This document shows, piece by piece, positions 1-10,204 of a stretch of 64,000 bases of DNA. The DNA is taken from contig CAYODR010000002.1 of assembly GCA_964402895.1 (NCBI GenBank), positions 41,666 to 105,665 of the forward strand, written 5' to 3'. Numbering within the stretch: the first letter of the stretch is position 1; each line of letters opens with the position of its first letter. Below the pieces are notes generated by a model. That model was given only the letters and a program-made list of their open reading frames with translations. It had not been told where the DNA came from and searched no databases. A program made the translations under genes and the position numbers. The stretch is from an uncultured Candidatus Saccharibacteria bacterium. GTDB lineage: Bacteria > Patescibacteriota > Minisyncoccia > Phycocordibacterales > UBA9973.

Positions 1-99
1 CTTGGCCTTATATATTTCTTCTTGATAACCATGCTGAGCACTAGAAATATTCGGAATAAATAATATTAAAAATACTAAAAACAAAAGGTTTTTTCTCAT
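1..99 (-). CDS. partial CDS (N-terminal 33 aa, signal-peptide-like MRKNLLFLVFLILFIPNISSAQHG...), continues off window
   Basis: Manual minus-strand translation from ATG at 99..97; hydrophobic N-terminus; no stop before window edge. Confidence 0.3.
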   Translation of the reverse strand, partial: MRKNLLFLVFLILFIPNISSAQHGYQEEIYKAK

Positions 100-125
100 A
101 AAAGCAGTATACATATAAAACCAAA

Positions 126-158
126 AAACACGAAGCCCCATGGGGCTTCGTGTTTTTA
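126..158 (-). terminator. rho-independent terminator downstream of ftsX
   Basis: GC hairpin cgaagccccatggggcttcg flanked by A/T runs. Confidence 0.6.
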
Positions 159-167
159 TATTAATAT

Positions 168-1136
168 TTATACATTTAAATATCTACGAGTTGCTACTAA
201 ACTTGAAACAATCCCTAAAATAAATCCGATGCCTAGTACTCCGATGATAAGTAATGAGTTTGAAATATAATAATCAAATAAATTCATTCCTAATACCCCG
301 ACAAGCTTTGGTCCTAAGAAATAAACAATTGTACCAAATAAAACTTGTGTAATAAGCCAAGCAAATGCTCCATAAAGCATACCTTCAATCATAAACGGGG
401 CTCTTACATACAATTTACTCGCCCCAACCAATCTCATGATATTGATTTCTTCACGAGAAGAATAAATAGTCAATCTGATAGTTGTATACATAATCACTAT
501 AGAGATGATTGCCAAGATAACACTTGCGACAATTCCTACACGATTGGCTATATCAATAAGATTGTTTAATCTATCAATGATAACTTTATTTTGAGAATAA
601 TTGACTCTTTCTATAATAGTAGCATTGTCTCTAGCTATCTGACTGTCGCCCTCAAGCAACCTTGCAATAGAATCGTAGTGTTTTGAATCTTGAGCCATGA
701 TTCTAAGCATTCCACCAAATGGATTATCTCCCAATTCATCAAGAGCTTGAAGTGTTAGATAGTCATCTGCATGTCTTTCTCTAAAAGCAAGTGCTTGTCC
801 TTCAGAAGAAACATAATCAACTTCTCTTACTTCTGGTAATTTATTTAATTCCTCTTGTAAAATTAAAATCCGATCTTCACTTGATTCTGCTGTAAAATAC
901 ACAGCAATATCAACTTTCTTTTGAACTTCTGAAAGAGTGTTTTGTAAAACTGCACGAGATAAAATAAGTCCAGTAAAAACAGAAAGTGTAATAGTCGTCA
1001 CTAAAATAGCTGCAGATGAAATAAATCCATTTCTTCTAAAATTAATCCATGCACTTTTAAACGTTCTTTGTAATTTAATCCAAAACATAATATTTATTAT
1101 AACTTTATAATTTAGGAGCTCTTTTTTGCTCATCAC
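168..1136 (-). CDS. ftsX: cell division permease FtsX (ABC transporter permease)
   Basis: 322 aa; N-terminal cytoplasmic segment, large periplasmic loop, three C-terminal TM helices typical of FtsX; directly downstream of ftsE (overlap); GTG start. Confidence 0.85.
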   Translation of the reverse strand: MMSKKELLNYKVIINIMFWIKLQRTFKSAWINFRRNGFISSAAILVTTITLSVFTGLILSRAVLQNTLSEVQKKVDIAVYFTAESSEDRILILQEELNKLPEVREVDYVSSEGQALAFRERHADDYLTLQALDELGDNPFGGMLRIMAQDSKHYDSIARLLEGDSQIARDNATIIERVNYSQNKVIIDRLNNLIDIANRVGIVASVILAIISIVIMYTTIRLTIYSSREEINIMRLVGASKLYVRAPFMIEGMLYGAFAWLITQVLFGTIVYFLGPKLVGVLGMNLFDYYISNSLLIIGVLGIGFILGIVSSLVATRRYLNV

Positions 1137-1791
1137 CTACAATGCGACCACGCTCAATTGTGACAATACGATTACCAACTGCTTTGATAAGCTCAGGATC
1201 GTGTGTCGCGAGCACAACTGTAGTACCGAGGTCATTTATTTTCCTTAGAATATGAATAACTTCTTTTGTATTTTTAGCATCAAGATTTCCGGTCGGCTCA
1301 TCAGCAATCAATACTTCTGGTTGATTGATAATAGCACGAGCAATAGAAAGTCTTTGTTTTTCTCCGCCAGAAAGCTGTCTAGGAAAATGAAACATTCTAT
1401 CTTGTAAATCAACAAGCTGCAGTACATGTGGCACATCACTTACGATCTCTTCATCAGTCTTACCCGCAGCTTCCATTGCAAAAGCAATATTTTCATACGC
1501 AGTTTTATTACTTAATAATCTAAAATCTTGAAAAACCACACCCACACGACGACGAAGCTTGGTTAAATCTCTATTAGAAAACATATCTAAATTTGCATTC
1601 TCAAACAACACAGCACCTTCTGTGGGATATTCCTCAGCTAAAATGAGTTTACTTAATGTTGTTTTCCCGGCACCTGATGGCCCGATAATTGTTACAAGGT
1701 CTCCTTTTTCAATTTCTAAGTTTATATCTTCAAGTGCGACTGCACCATTTGGATATATTTTTGAAACATTGATGAATTTTATCATTGTCAT
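1105..1791 (-). CDS. ftsE: cell division ATP-binding protein FtsE (ABC ATPase)
   Basis: Walker A GPSGAGKTT, ABC signature LSGGEKQRLSIARA, Walker B LIADEPTGNLD; ftsEX operon order. Confidence 0.9.
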   Translation of the reverse strand: MTMIKFINVSKIYPNGAVALEDINLEIEKGDLVTIIGPSGAGKTTLSKLILAEEYPTEGAVLFENANLDMFSNRDLTKLRRRVGVVFQDFRLLSNKTAYENIAFAMEAAGKTDEEIVSDVPHVLQLVDLQDRMFHFPRQLSGGEKQRLSIARAIINQPEVLIADEPTGNLDAKNTKEVIHILRKINDLGTTVVLATHDPELIKAVGNRIVTIERGRIVGDEQKRAPKL

Positions 1792-1799
1792 GCTAGGTA

Positions 1800-2684
1800 T
1801 TATAGCATGTGATTCTCATCTAGGAATACTTCAATATCCCCATCTTCAAGTACACCATCAATATTGTGAACTTCTACCCCACTTAAATGATCTTTAATTT
1901 GTTTATATGGATGAAGAACATAACTCCTCATCTGGCTTCCCCACTCTATATCAGTACTTTTTGAAATCTTCATTCCAGATTCTTGAGCAATCCTTTCTTC
2001 TTCTTGAAGTTTAAAAATTTTTCCACGAAGTATCTCTTTTGCTCTTTCTCTATTTTGTTCCTGACTCCTTTCATTTGAAGCATTCACACTTAAACCGGTA
2101 GGTTTATGTACAATACGCACCGCAGTCTCTCTCTTGTTTACATTCTGTCCTCCTGGTCCACCTGCACGCGCAAAAGAAATATCTAAATCATTATCATTTA
2201 AAATCACACTTGTATCTCGACTTTCAAGTTCTGGTACCACCTCAACCAAAACGAAAGATGTTTGCCTTTTGCCACCAGAATTAAATGGTGAAATCCTGAC
2301 AAGTCTATGCACCCCAGATTCACCCTTTAATATTCCATAAGATTTTTTTCCATCTATCGAAAAGGTGATATTTCTATATCCACCAAGAGTATTTGGGGTA
2401 TCATTTAAAATGCTCAGACTCCAACCCTTTTTTTCAATATACTTGCTATACATTCTAAAAAGCATTGATACAAAATCCTCCGCATCATCACCGCCTGCAC
2501 CCGCATAAATAGTAATGATAGCATTTGATTTATCATGTTTATCAACACCCGAAAGTTTATCTTTCAAATCCTGAAGTTCTTTAATCTCTGATTGCGCCGC
2601 ATTTTTATCATTCCAAAAATCCGCCTGCATCATCGCATTTTCTATTTCAGTTATTCTATTTTGAATTTCTTCTTTATTCATCAA
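1800..2684 (-). CDS. prfB: peptide chain release factor 2 (short N-terminus, no programmed frameshift)
   Basis: SPF tripeptide motif (RF2-specific), GGQ motif ([11 protein letters not shown]), 294 aa; single continuous ORF. Confidence 0.85.
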   Translation of the reverse strand: MMNKEEIQNRITEIENAMMQADFWNDKNAAQSEIKELQDLKDKLSGVDKHDKSNAIITIYAGAGGDDAEDFVSMLFRMYSKYIEKKGWSLSILNDTPNTLGGYRNITFSIDGKKSYGILKGESGVHRLVRISPFNSGGKRQTSFVLVEVVPELESRDTSVILNDNDLDISFARAGGPGGQNVNKRETAVRIVHKPTGLSVNASNERSQEQNRERAKEILRGKIFKLQEEERIAQESGMKISKSTDIEWGSQMRSYVLHPYKQIKDHLSGVEVHNIDGVLEDGDIEVFLDENHML

Positions 2685-2960
2685 TTAAAACAAATCACTG
2701 TGTGAACCAATATCTACTAATATTATTTCTTTTATAGCTTTTTCAACTTTATAAATAAGCAATAAATCTGGTTTTATATGTAATTCTCTATACCCCATAA
2801 AATCACCTAATAATTTATGATCTTTATACCTTTTGGGTAAAACCTCTCCATTACTTAGAAAATCTAAAATATTTATAAAATCTTTTTTGGAAAAATCTCC
2901 AGAATTCTTTATTTTCTTGAAAGATTTTTTGAAACTTTTAGTATGAGTAAAGGTATACAT
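2685..2960 (-). CDS. type II toxin, RelE/YafQ family
   Basis: 91 aa; ...KDHKLLGDFMGYRELHIKPDLLLIYK...IGSHSDLF resembles YafQ/RelE mRNA interferases; immediately downstream of DinJ-like antitoxin. Confidence 0.75.
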   Translation of the reverse strand: MYTFTHTKSFKKSFKKIKNSGDFSKKDFINILDFLSNGEVLPKRYKDHKLLGDFMGYRELHIKPDLLLIYKVEKAIKEIILVDIGSHSDLF

Positions 2961-2963
2961 ATA

Positions 2964-3230
2964 CTACCAACTCTCTATTTCTTTAATAAAATCTTTTTTA
3001 CTTTTAGAATTTTTAGCCTTAGCTAAGAGAACTTCTTTATCCCATTTATCTTTAATGTCTTTAGGGTTTTTTGTAATACTAAAAGGAATAGAATTTTTTT
3101 TGATTACTTGATTTAAAAATATTTTTATACCAGAAGATATATCAATACCTAAATCGTCAAAAACCCTTTTCGCTTGTTTTTTAGTTTTTTGATCAATGCG
3201 TATTTGGATAGTGGTATTTTGTGTATTCAT
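2964..3230 (-). CDS. type II antitoxin, RelB/DinJ family
   Basis: 88 aa; TIQIRIDQKTKKQAKRVFDDLGIDISSGIKIFLNQVI matches DinJ ribbon-helix-helix N-terminus; 3 nt upstream of toxin gene. Confidence 0.7.
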   Translation of the reverse strand: MNTQNTTIQIRIDQKTKKQAKRVFDDLGIDISSGIKIFLNQVIKKNSIPFSITKNPKDIKDKWDKEVLLAKAKNSKSKKDFIKEIESW

Positions 3231-3272
3231 AATTCTATAATAATATTATGTAATGACAATGTCAATACATAA

Positions 3273-3980
3273 TCACTTCTTTTCAAAATAACAAACCACA
3301 CTTCTTCTTTTATTTGGCTTCCCCCTGATGTTGTGCTTGTGAGATGCTTCTTTATGCATAAGCTCAAAATCTTCACTAAAATTATCTTCTAGCGCCTTAT
3401 CTGTCCAGACATATTCATATACTCCAAGCTTTGGATGTATATATGCATTTTCTTCTCCTGCACCTTTGTTTTTTATCAAATCTTTTGCATGCTTATCGCC
3501 TTCTGCATAAAATGATTTAAAAAATAAAACACCCTGTGGTTTTAAAACTCTTTTTACTTCTTGTATATATTTCTCTCTTTCTACTTCTTTTAAGAAATGA
3601 CTTGCCATCATATCAAGTACAATATCTACACTTTCATCTGGAAGTGGAATCTCTTGACCAATAGATCTTACTTCAAAAACAAGTTTACTACCCCATTTTT
3701 GTTCACTTGCCTTCTTTTGAGCCTGAGTTATAGCTTCATTTGAAATGTCATATCCCAGACCTTTTACACGATATATATCATTAAGCCAAAGAAGGTTGCG
3801 ACCATTACCACAACCGGCATCTACCACCATCACATCTGGGCGAAGCACATCTTTGCCGTATTCTTTTTGTAGCCATCTAACAAATTTCTGTAAATCCCCA
3901 CTAACTTCATCGGAAAGCGCAAAAAACATTGGATCCTTATATTCCTTATCCCAAAATTCTTTCAATCGCTTTTCATTCAT
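3273..3980 (-). CDS. class I SAM-dependent methyltransferase
   Basis: Motif I VVDAGCGNGRN, downstream acidic motif II (GYDIS), 235 aa. Confidence 0.7.
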   Translation of the reverse strand: MNEKRLKEFWDKEYKDPMFFALSDEVSGDLQKFVRWLQKEYGKDVLRPDVMVVDAGCGNGRNLLWLNDIYRVKGLGYDISNEAITQAQKKASEQKWGSKLVFEVRSIGQEIPLPDESVDIVLDMMASHFLKEVEREKYIQEVKRVLKPQGVLFFKSFYAEGDKHAKDLIKNKGAGEENAYIHPKLGVYEYVWTDKALEDNFSEDFELMHKEASHKHNIRGKPNKRRSVVCYFEKK

Positions 3981-4030
3981 AGTGCTATACTAGCACACTT
4001 TTATTTTTATCTAAATATTATTAATTAAAA

Positions 4031-4053
4031 AACCGCCGAAGCGGTTTTTTATT
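4031..4053 (-). terminator. rho-independent terminator downstream of typA
   Basis: aaaaaccgccgaagcggtttttt hairpin plus T-run. Confidence 0.65.
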
Positions 4054-5853
4054 TTAAGATTTCCTTTTTGCTTTAGATCTATCTGTTTCTGTAAGATACT
4101 GCTTACGAAGACGCGCTGACTCTGGTGTGATTTCTAAATATTCATCATCACTCATCACCTCAAGACCCCGCTCAATAGTCATGAGAAGTGGCGGGGTAAG
4201 ATTTACTGCTTCATCACTTCCACTTGCGCGCATGTTGGTAAGCTGTTTTCCTTTTGTTGGGTTTACAGTCATCTCTTCTCCTTTAGAAGTATTACCGATA
4301 ACCATACCTGCATATACTTCTGTTTGTGGACCAATATAGAGAGTCCCCCTATCTTGAAGCCCCCAAAGAGCAAAAGCTAGAGCTTTACCTGTCTCCATAG
4401 AAATCATAGAGCCTACACTCTTGCGAGTTATTTCGCCTGCATAAGGTTGGAATCCAAGAACTCTTGAAGACATGATACCTTCACCATGAGTATCTACTGT
4501 AAACTGACTTCTATATCCCAGAAGTCCACGAGTAGGACCAGTAAATATCATACGCACAGTGGCATCATTCATTTGCATATCGCCCATTATGAATCCTCTC
4601 ATACCAAGCTTTTCAATAATCACACCTTGATAATCAATCGGTGAATCAATAGTCACTTCTTCAAAAGGCTCACTCTTAACACCATCAATATCTTTGATGA
4701 TTACTTGTGGTTGAGAGATTTGCATTTCATATCCTTCACGGCGCATAGTTTCAAGAAGTACCGCAATGTGCATTTCTCCACGACCAAATACTTTAAAACC
4801 TTCTGCTAATCTGCTTTCATCTGGAGAAAAATCTACCTTAAGACCTACATTCACCTCAAGCTCTCTTTCAAGTCTTTCTCGAATCTGACGACTTGTTACA
4901 AATTTTCCTTCACGACCAGCGAATGGAGAGTTATTTACCAAAAAATCTAAGACAATAGTTGGTTCATCAATAGTAATGGCAGGAAGAAGTTCTGCTTCTT
5001 TTTCTTTACTAATAGTCTCACCGATAAAAATATCCGGAATACCAGCAATCATCACAATGTCTCCTGCTTGCGCTTCAGAAACTTCTTCACGAGTAAATCC
5101 ACGGAATGTGAAAAGCTTTACTATTTTTGATGCACGCACTTCACTTCCTACGCCTTCTACATATACAGTATCACCTGCTTTAGCCACACCCTCATACACA
5201 CGACCCACAGCAAGACGCCCTAGGAAATTATCATATGCCAAGTTGAAGGCCTGCATACGAAAAGGTTTAGTTGTGTCATTTTGTGCAACCGGAACTTTTT
5301 CTAAAATAGTTTCAAAAAGTGGTTGAAGATCCTTTTTTTCATCTTCAACATTTTTCATGGCTACACCATCACGCCCAATAGCATATACGGTCGTAAAATC
5401 TAATTGCTCATCATTTGCACCAAGCTCCATGAAAAGCTCAAAGACAGCGTCATGAGTTTTTGATACATCACTCCCTGGTTTATCTATTTTATTGATTACA
5501 ACAATAGGCTTAAGCCCAAGCTCAAGAGATTTTTTAAGTACAAAACGAGTTTGAGGCATTGGACCCTCTTGAGCATCAACAATCAAAAGCACAGAGTCTA
5601 TACTACGAAGCACGCGCTCTACTTCACTACCAAAGTCCGCGTGACCCGGAGTGTCTACAATGTTGATTTTTGTGTCTTTATAATAAACTGCAGTATTTTT
5701 TGCGTATATAGTAATACCTCTTTCAGATTCAATTTGGTTTGAATCCATAGAGCTACCCTCTTTCATCTCACCTGAAAAAGCAAGCATCTTGTCTGTAAGT
5801 GTGGTTTTTCCGTGGTCCACATGTGCAATAATTGCAATATTTCTAATTTCCAT
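4054..5853 (-). CDS. typA: translational GTPase TypA/BipA
   Basis: 599 aa; G1 [22 protein letters not shown]; EF-G-like domain order with BipA-specific C-terminus. Confidence 0.9.
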   Translation of the reverse strand: MEIRNIAIIAHVDHGKTTLTDKMLAFSGEMKEGSSMDSNQIESERGITIYAKNTAVYYKDTKINIVDTPGHADFGSEVERVLRSIDSVLLIVDAQEGPMPQTRFVLKKSLELGLKPIVVINKIDKPGSDVSKTHDAVFELFMELGANDEQLDFTTVYAIGRDGVAMKNVEDEKKDLQPLFETILEKVPVAQNDTTKPFRMQAFNLAYDNFLGRLAVGRVYEGVAKAGDTVYVEGVGSEVRASKIVKLFTFRGFTREEVSEAQAGDIVMIAGIPDIFIGETISKEKEAELLPAITIDEPTIVLDFLVNNSPFAGREGKFVTSRQIRERLERELEVNVGLKVDFSPDESRLAEGFKVFGRGEMHIAVLLETMRREGYEMQISQPQVIIKDIDGVKSEPFEEVTIDSPIDYQGVIIEKLGMRGFIMGDMQMNDATVRMIFTGPTRGLLGYRSQFTVDTHGEGIMSSRVLGFQPYAGEITRKSVGSMISMETGKALAFALWGLQDRGTLYIGPQTEVYAGMVIGNTSKGEEMTVNPTKGKQLTNMRASGSDEAVNLTPPLLMTIERGLEVMSDDEYLEITPESARLRKQYLTETDRSKAKRKS

Positions 5854-5945
5854 AATAAAAAGTGATTAAGCTTAAGCCGTGATTATACATCAAAAGCAGC
5901 AAAAATCAAAGATTTTTGCTGCTTTTGTAATTTAAATATAAAACT

Positions 5946-6611
5946 TTATGGCTTAAGAACAATACGCCCCTCAATCTCAAATTCATTTGGAACACCCGCA
6001 ACAAATGGAATACTTGGTATAACCAAATCAAAATCTTTTCTATTTAAATCAGCATCTATCTCAGCCACAAAACTATCAATGCCTTTGTATAAATCTAAAT
6101 CAAAAGAAATTCTTTTTGTTTTTCCATTTAAAAATAAATCACCCATTAAATCCAAATCAAACTTATTTTGATCTTCTCTGTCTTGTTCAAATTTTTGAAC
6201 AGTGATATTTGTAATTTTAGCAAATTCTTGCCCTTCATTCTCGCTTTTAACGATAGACCTGACTATTGCATTATCGCGTTGTGGATTGTCTGTCTTAAAA
6301 GTACGAGCATCTACATAGATGTCGCTAATTACAATACTATCTTTATCAAGATTTCCATTTTTTAAAATAAGACTTCCGTTAATTTCATTTGTTTTACCAA
6401 CAACAGTAAATGGATTACCTCTTAAAATTTCGTCTATTTCAAATCTTATTTCTGAATTTTCTTTATCTACTGAATAAACAATATCACTTTCACTTACATT
6501 CACTGCCGGATCTATCTGAACATCTCTCATCTTGATTGGTCTAGTAAAATACTTATAGAAAGCAAAAGCTAGAACTAACAAAACTAAAATTAAAATAATT
6601 ACTTTTTTCAT
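5946..6611 (-). CDS. YceI-like family protein (secreted)
   Basis: N-terminal TM/signal; EIRFEIDE...ARTFKTDNPQRDNAI resembles YceI polyisoprenoid-binding fold motifs. Confidence 0.45.
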   Translation of the reverse strand: MKKVIILILVLLVLAFAFYKYFTRPIKMRDVQIDPAVNVSESDIVYSVDKENSEIRFEIDEILRGNPFTVVGKTNEINGSLILKNGNLDKDSIVISDIYVDARTFKTDNPQRDNAIVRSIVKSENEGQEFAKITNITVQKFEQDREDQNKFDLDLMGDLFLNGKTKRISFDLDLYKGIDSFVAEIDADLNRKDFDLVIPSIPFVAGVPNEFEIEGRIVLKP

Positions 6612-6683
6612 AAATAAATTATATCATAACAAAATAAAATTTATGAGATGTATTTGACATTTATATAGATATATGTATAATGT

Positions 6684-6908
6684 GTGAAAACAAAACCCTA
6701 TATCTATATGAACTTCAGACAAAAATTTACTGCAATAAATGCTTATGTTTTTATTGTAGTAGCAACTATCATATTGCTCTTGCATCATACAAGAACAATA
6801 AATGAAACAACTATTCCAGTGATAAAAGTACTCGCAGTTATAGTACTTGTGAGCTGGGTTATTTTATTGATAACAATCCCCTTTTTTCATAAAAAGAGGG
6901 AGGGTTAA
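6684..6908 (+). CDS. small hypothetical membrane protein (2 TM)
   Basis: 74 aa ORF with two hydrophobic helices; no homolog recognised. Confidence 0.3.
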   Translation: MKTKPYIYMNFRQKFTAINAYVFIVVATIILLLHHTRTINETTIPVIKVLAVIVLVSWVILLITIPFFHKKREG

Positions 6909-7013
6909 AATATCCTTTTCGATAGCAATATTGAGTTACCACCACATCTCCCTCCTTTTTTAGATAGGGAGATGTTTTTTATTAAATAGAATTCTTAATT
7001 ATTATTTTAAGAT

Positions 7014-7265
7014 CTACCGATGAATACATCCTGGCCAACAACAAGGCCTACGCTTTCCTTCTATAAGTTCTGTGCGAGCCCTATCAATTCTTCGATTCCT
7101 TGTCTCTGTTTTCTTGGCAGACTCAACCCAACAAATCCATTCATTGCGTGCTAGTGGTGTTATATCTTCCCATGCTATCCTTGCTCTTTCAGAAGAAAGA
7201 AGAACTTTTTTTAAGTCTGTTGGTACTTTGTGTACGGTAGCTCTGGAAATTTCTTTCTTACTCAT
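7014..7265 (-). CDS. YdeI/OmpD-associated family protein (short)
   Basis: 83 aa; C-terminal RRPCCWPGCIHR motif characteristic of that family. Confidence 0.5.
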   Translation of the reverse strand: MSKKEISRATVHKVPTDLKKVLLSSERARIAWEDITPLARNEWICWVESAKKTETRNRRIDRARTELIEGKRRPCCWPGCIHR

Positions 7266-7274
7266 ATGATTATT

Positions 7275-7943
7275 TTAACTTAAATATTTGAATCTAGAAA
7301 CAAGTTCTTTTTTAAAAGCATAAAGAGCTATCAACAATCCAGAAATCTCCAAGATTTCTTCAACTGAAGACGCAATAATATAATATAGGTGGGACTGTCC
7401 GAGCGTATCATAAAAATACGAACCAACCATCTCCATACCTACTGCTCCGGATATAAAAACAATCACAGATAAAATTATCATACGCTTATTTCTTAAACGC
7501 ATGATAAATGGTAAATAATATATTGCTAATATCCCAAACAAAATCATATATGGGATAACCCAAGCAAAAGCTAAAAACCCTCCTGTATTCAGAAAAATCT
7601 TAATAGGCTCTGTTAGCTGCTCATGTATTTGTGCTAGCTCATCAAGTCCTAGAAATAAAAAGAGTATCATAGTAAAAATCCAAGGAATTATAGAATTTCC
7701 TTTTTCTCTTTCTAGTGCACCGATAGTCCAAGCAATCACACCCAGTAAAATAAATAGTAAGACAGAGTAATATGTTGGCAGATTTGCTTCAAGTCCAACA
7801 TGAAAAAACTGAAAAATAAACTTATTAACAAAAAGTGGGTATTTTATAGCTACAAGTTGAAATACTATATGTACACCGACAAGAAGTGCTCCAGTCCAAA
7901 TTAGATATTTATAAAACCCTGATAGATATTTCTCCCAATTCAT
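7275..7943 (-). CDS. hypothetical integral membrane protein (6 TM)
   Basis: 222 aa, multiple hydrophobic helices; no family recognised. Confidence 0.5.
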   Translation of the reverse strand: MNWEKYLSGFYKYLIWTGALLVGVHIVFQLVAIKYPLFVNKFIFQFFHVGLEANLPTYYSVLLFILLGVIAWTIGALEREKGNSIIPWIFTMILFLFLGLDELAQIHEQLTEPIKIFLNTGGFLAFAWVIPYMILFGILAIYYLPFIMRLRNKRMIILSVIVFISGAVGMEMVGSYFYDTLGQSHLYYIIASSVEEILEISGLLIALYAFKKELVSRFKYLS

Positions 7944-8024
7944 TATGGTTATTATACAAATATTAGTAAATAATAAAAGCTTCTATACAATCTTTACATC
8001 ATATTTTATGGTATATGTCAATAG

Positions 8025-8111
8025 CGGAGGATAGGAGATTCGAACTCCTGAGGGCATTACTACCCTGCCACCTTTCCAAGATGGTGCACTAGACCGCTAT
8101 GCGAATCCTCC
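8025..8111 (-). tRNA. tRNA-Ser (anticodon GGA)
   Basis: Manual fold: acceptor GGAGGAT/ATCCTCC, 3-bp D-stem, anticodon stem CCATC/GGTGG, loop TTGGAAA, long variable arm, T-arm GGAGTTCGAATCTCC. Confidence 0.8.
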
Positions 8112-8146
8112 ACAACATACATATTATATATGTATGTTGTGATTGT

Positions 8147-8854
8147 CTATTCAAAAGAAATTTCTTTTTCTTCTTCCCCTATTTTATATTTAAGAGTACT
8201 TTGTCCTTCCCAAGAAATGAAAGATGCATTTTGCATGCGGGCATCCAAATATTCTGTATCATTTATTTTTTCTATGATTTCTAAAGTATTTGCATCATAT
8301 ACATAAAGCCCACATTTTGCTTCAAAACAAGAACCTCTATAAACAAAGTATTTTCCATCAGCTGAGAACCCTAAAAATTCATTTCCTAAATAATAGTTAG
8401 TGAGCATTTTCACCCCACCTTCTTGTGTATATACACCTACAACAGTATCCGGTGCCAAAGTGTCGCTTTCAATGGTAAAACCAACAACATCATTTTTAAG
8501 AGATGAAAAAACATTCTTAAAACTAGTCTGTTCTCTAAAGCTCTCTACGCTCATACAAAAAGATTCTCTTCCAAATACACCCATCATGTTAAATTCATCA
8601 CAAAGATCACTATTTTTAAAAAATTCAAAAATTTGCTCATTATCAATAGAAAGATAGACAGAATCACCACTCATGATTTCTTTTTGATTATTAGAGAGAG
8701 TATATAGGTTTAAAATAACCTCTTCTTGCGTCTTCTCTTCTAATGAAGAAGACAATGTCTGCCTATTTGTATCATACGCATACTTAATAAGCCAAACTAA
8801 AAATAATACAACTGCGATACCTGCTATGATTTGGAAAAATTTTTGTTTATTCAT
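8147..8854 (-). CDS. hypothetical secreted/membrane-anchored protein
   Basis: 235 aa; N-terminal TM (IIAGIAVVLFLVWLI); no family recognised. Confidence 0.5.
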   Translation of the reverse strand: MNKQKFFQIIAGIAVVLFLVWLIKYAYDTNRQTLSSSLEEKTQEEVILNLYTLSNNQKEIMSGDSVYLSIDNEQIFEFFKNSDLCDEFNMMGVFGRESFCMSVESFREQTSFKNVFSSLKNDVVGFTIESDTLAPDTVVGVYTQEGGVKMLTNYYLGNEFLGFSADGKYFVYRGSCFEAKCGLYVYDANTLEIIEKINDTEYLDARMQNASFISWEGQSTLKYKIGEEEKEISFE

Positions 8855-8994
8855 ATATATAATTATAGTTTTTTATAAGATAAAAACAAATACTTTAAAA
8901 CCCGACCTTAGTACTCTTTGTGATAAAACATCATAAACACAAATATTATTTTAATAAAAAAACCTTTAAATAAAAGTCGGAGAATTTTAATATA

Positions 8995-9480
8995 CTATTT
9001 TCCCCCAAGATCTTCAGAGTCTCTTATTTTCATCCATATTTTTCCTAAGATATTTTCACCATTTCCATCAGGCCCTGCTCCCCAAAAATTATCTATGGGA
9101 GAATTTTCAATTATTTTTTTATTACCCGTCTCTCTTAAAACCCTTCTCACCTTTTCATGCTGTCTGATTTTAGCTTTTAAAATCTCTTCCATAATTTGAG
9201 TCTTTTTATTATGAAAATCTATAGGCACATGTGTTCTATGCTCATCTGAAATCTTTTTAGCAATACTTGGACTAGGTGCCATTAATATATCATTAGCTAA
9301 TTCAGGCTTTGAATTTTCAAATTTTTTCCACTGATATGCGTGTTCAGCTGTTAAGAATTTATTTCCCCATATATCTACAACATATGCGGAAAAATTATCT
9401 AATGCATAAAATACTGGGGTATAAAAATAAATAGCATCATCAGTTTCTTTGTTAAAATCATTTCCTAAAAATTTATTCAT
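8995..9480 (-). CDS. NADAR family protein (YbiA-like N-glycosidase domain)
   Basis: AEHAYQWKKF...NSPIDNFWGAG..GNGENILGKIWMKIR matches NADAR/DUF1768; start trimmed to ATG 9480 because the longer ORF would run through tRNA-Ser at 9519..9605. Confidence 0.7.
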   Translation of the reverse strand: MNKFLGNDFNKETDDAIYFYTPVFYALDNFSAYVVDIWGNKFLTAEHAYQWKKFENSKPELANDILMAPSPSIAKKISDEHRTHVPIDFHNKKTQIMEEILKAKIRQHEKVRRVLRETGNKKIIENSPIDNFWGAGPDGNGENILGKIWMKIRDSEDLGGK

Positions 9481-9518
9481 ATTCTCTAAATAATTAAACT
9501 TGCACCAAATTCTTTTAG

Positions 9519-9605
9519 CGGAACCGGTGGGATTCGAACCCACGAGGGCTTTTACACCCTGCCTCTTTAGCAAAGAGGTACATTCGACCACTCTGACACG
9601 GCTCC
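9519..9605 (-). tRNA. tRNA-Ser (anticodon GCU)
   Basis: Acceptor GGAGCCG/CGGTTCC, anticodon stem CCTCT/AGAGG, loop TTGCTAA, long variable arm, T-arm GGGTTCGAATCCC. Confidence 0.8.
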
Positions 9606-9682
9606 ATAAAGATACTTTATCATATATAAAAATAAGGACAAAATATATACACGAATATAAATAAGGGGTATAATATTTTTGT

Positions 9683-10114
9683 ATGAAAAATATTATAAAG
9701 AGAAAAGTTTGTACTTCACAATTTATTATCCGATTATTTATTGGGACCATTTTCTTAGCACATGGTATTGCTAAATTCAATATCGGAATGGATGGTGTTT
9801 CAGAATTTTTTGGAAGTGTATCCATTCCCTTCCCAACATTCTTTGCCTGGGTTGTGACATTACTTGAAACATTTGGTGGACTATTTATTATTCTTGGTGT
9901 TTTTGTCAGAAAGTCAGCAACACTTTTGATGTTTACTATGCTTGTGGCTATTTTTACAGCCAAGAAAGGATTACCCTTAGTTGGCGGATATGAATTAGAG
10001 CTCGCACTTATAGCTGGACTTATACCATTATTAGTACATGGCGCAGGAAGATATTCTATAAAGAAATTCTTCAAGAAAAAAGAGGTACAAAATACTCCTA
10101 TCCCTCAATATTAA
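9683..10114 (+). CDS. DoxX family membrane protein
   Basis: 143 aa, 4 TM; FLAHGIAKF...FFAWVVTLLETFGGLFIILG typical of DoxX. Confidence 0.75.
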   Translation: MKNIIKRKVCTSQFIIRLFIGTIFLAHGIAKFNIGMDGVSEFFGSVSIPFPTFFAWVVTLLETFGGLFIILGVFVRKSATLLMFTMLVAIFTAKKGLPLVGGYELELALIAGLIPLLVHGAGRYSIKKFFKKKEVQNTPIPQY

Positions 10115-10117
10115 AAC

Positions 10118-10165
10118 AATAAAGAAAGGCATATCCAAAAAGATATGCCTTTCTTTATTAAAACA
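10118..10165. terminator. bidirectional hairpin terminator
   Basis: aaagaaaggcatatc..gatatgcctttcttt perfect 15-bp stem with A/T flanks. Confidence 0.6.
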
Positions 10166-10204
10166 TTTAATTATGCTAATATCATAAACACAAAGACCAT
10201 TACT

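Noticed and set aside
1559-1897. Numerous 60-160-aa ORFs antisense to ftsE, typA, recG, ftsH, secY, fusA, tuf and ribosomal genes (ORF track)
   Set aside because: They are fully overlapped by well-supported genes on the opposite strand and have no recognisable motifs.
8995-10074. 359-aa minus-strand ORF from the ORF track
   Set aside because: It would run through tRNA-Ser(GCU) at 9519..9605 and antisense through the DoxX gene. Only the C-terminal NADAR domain from ATG 9480 is credible.
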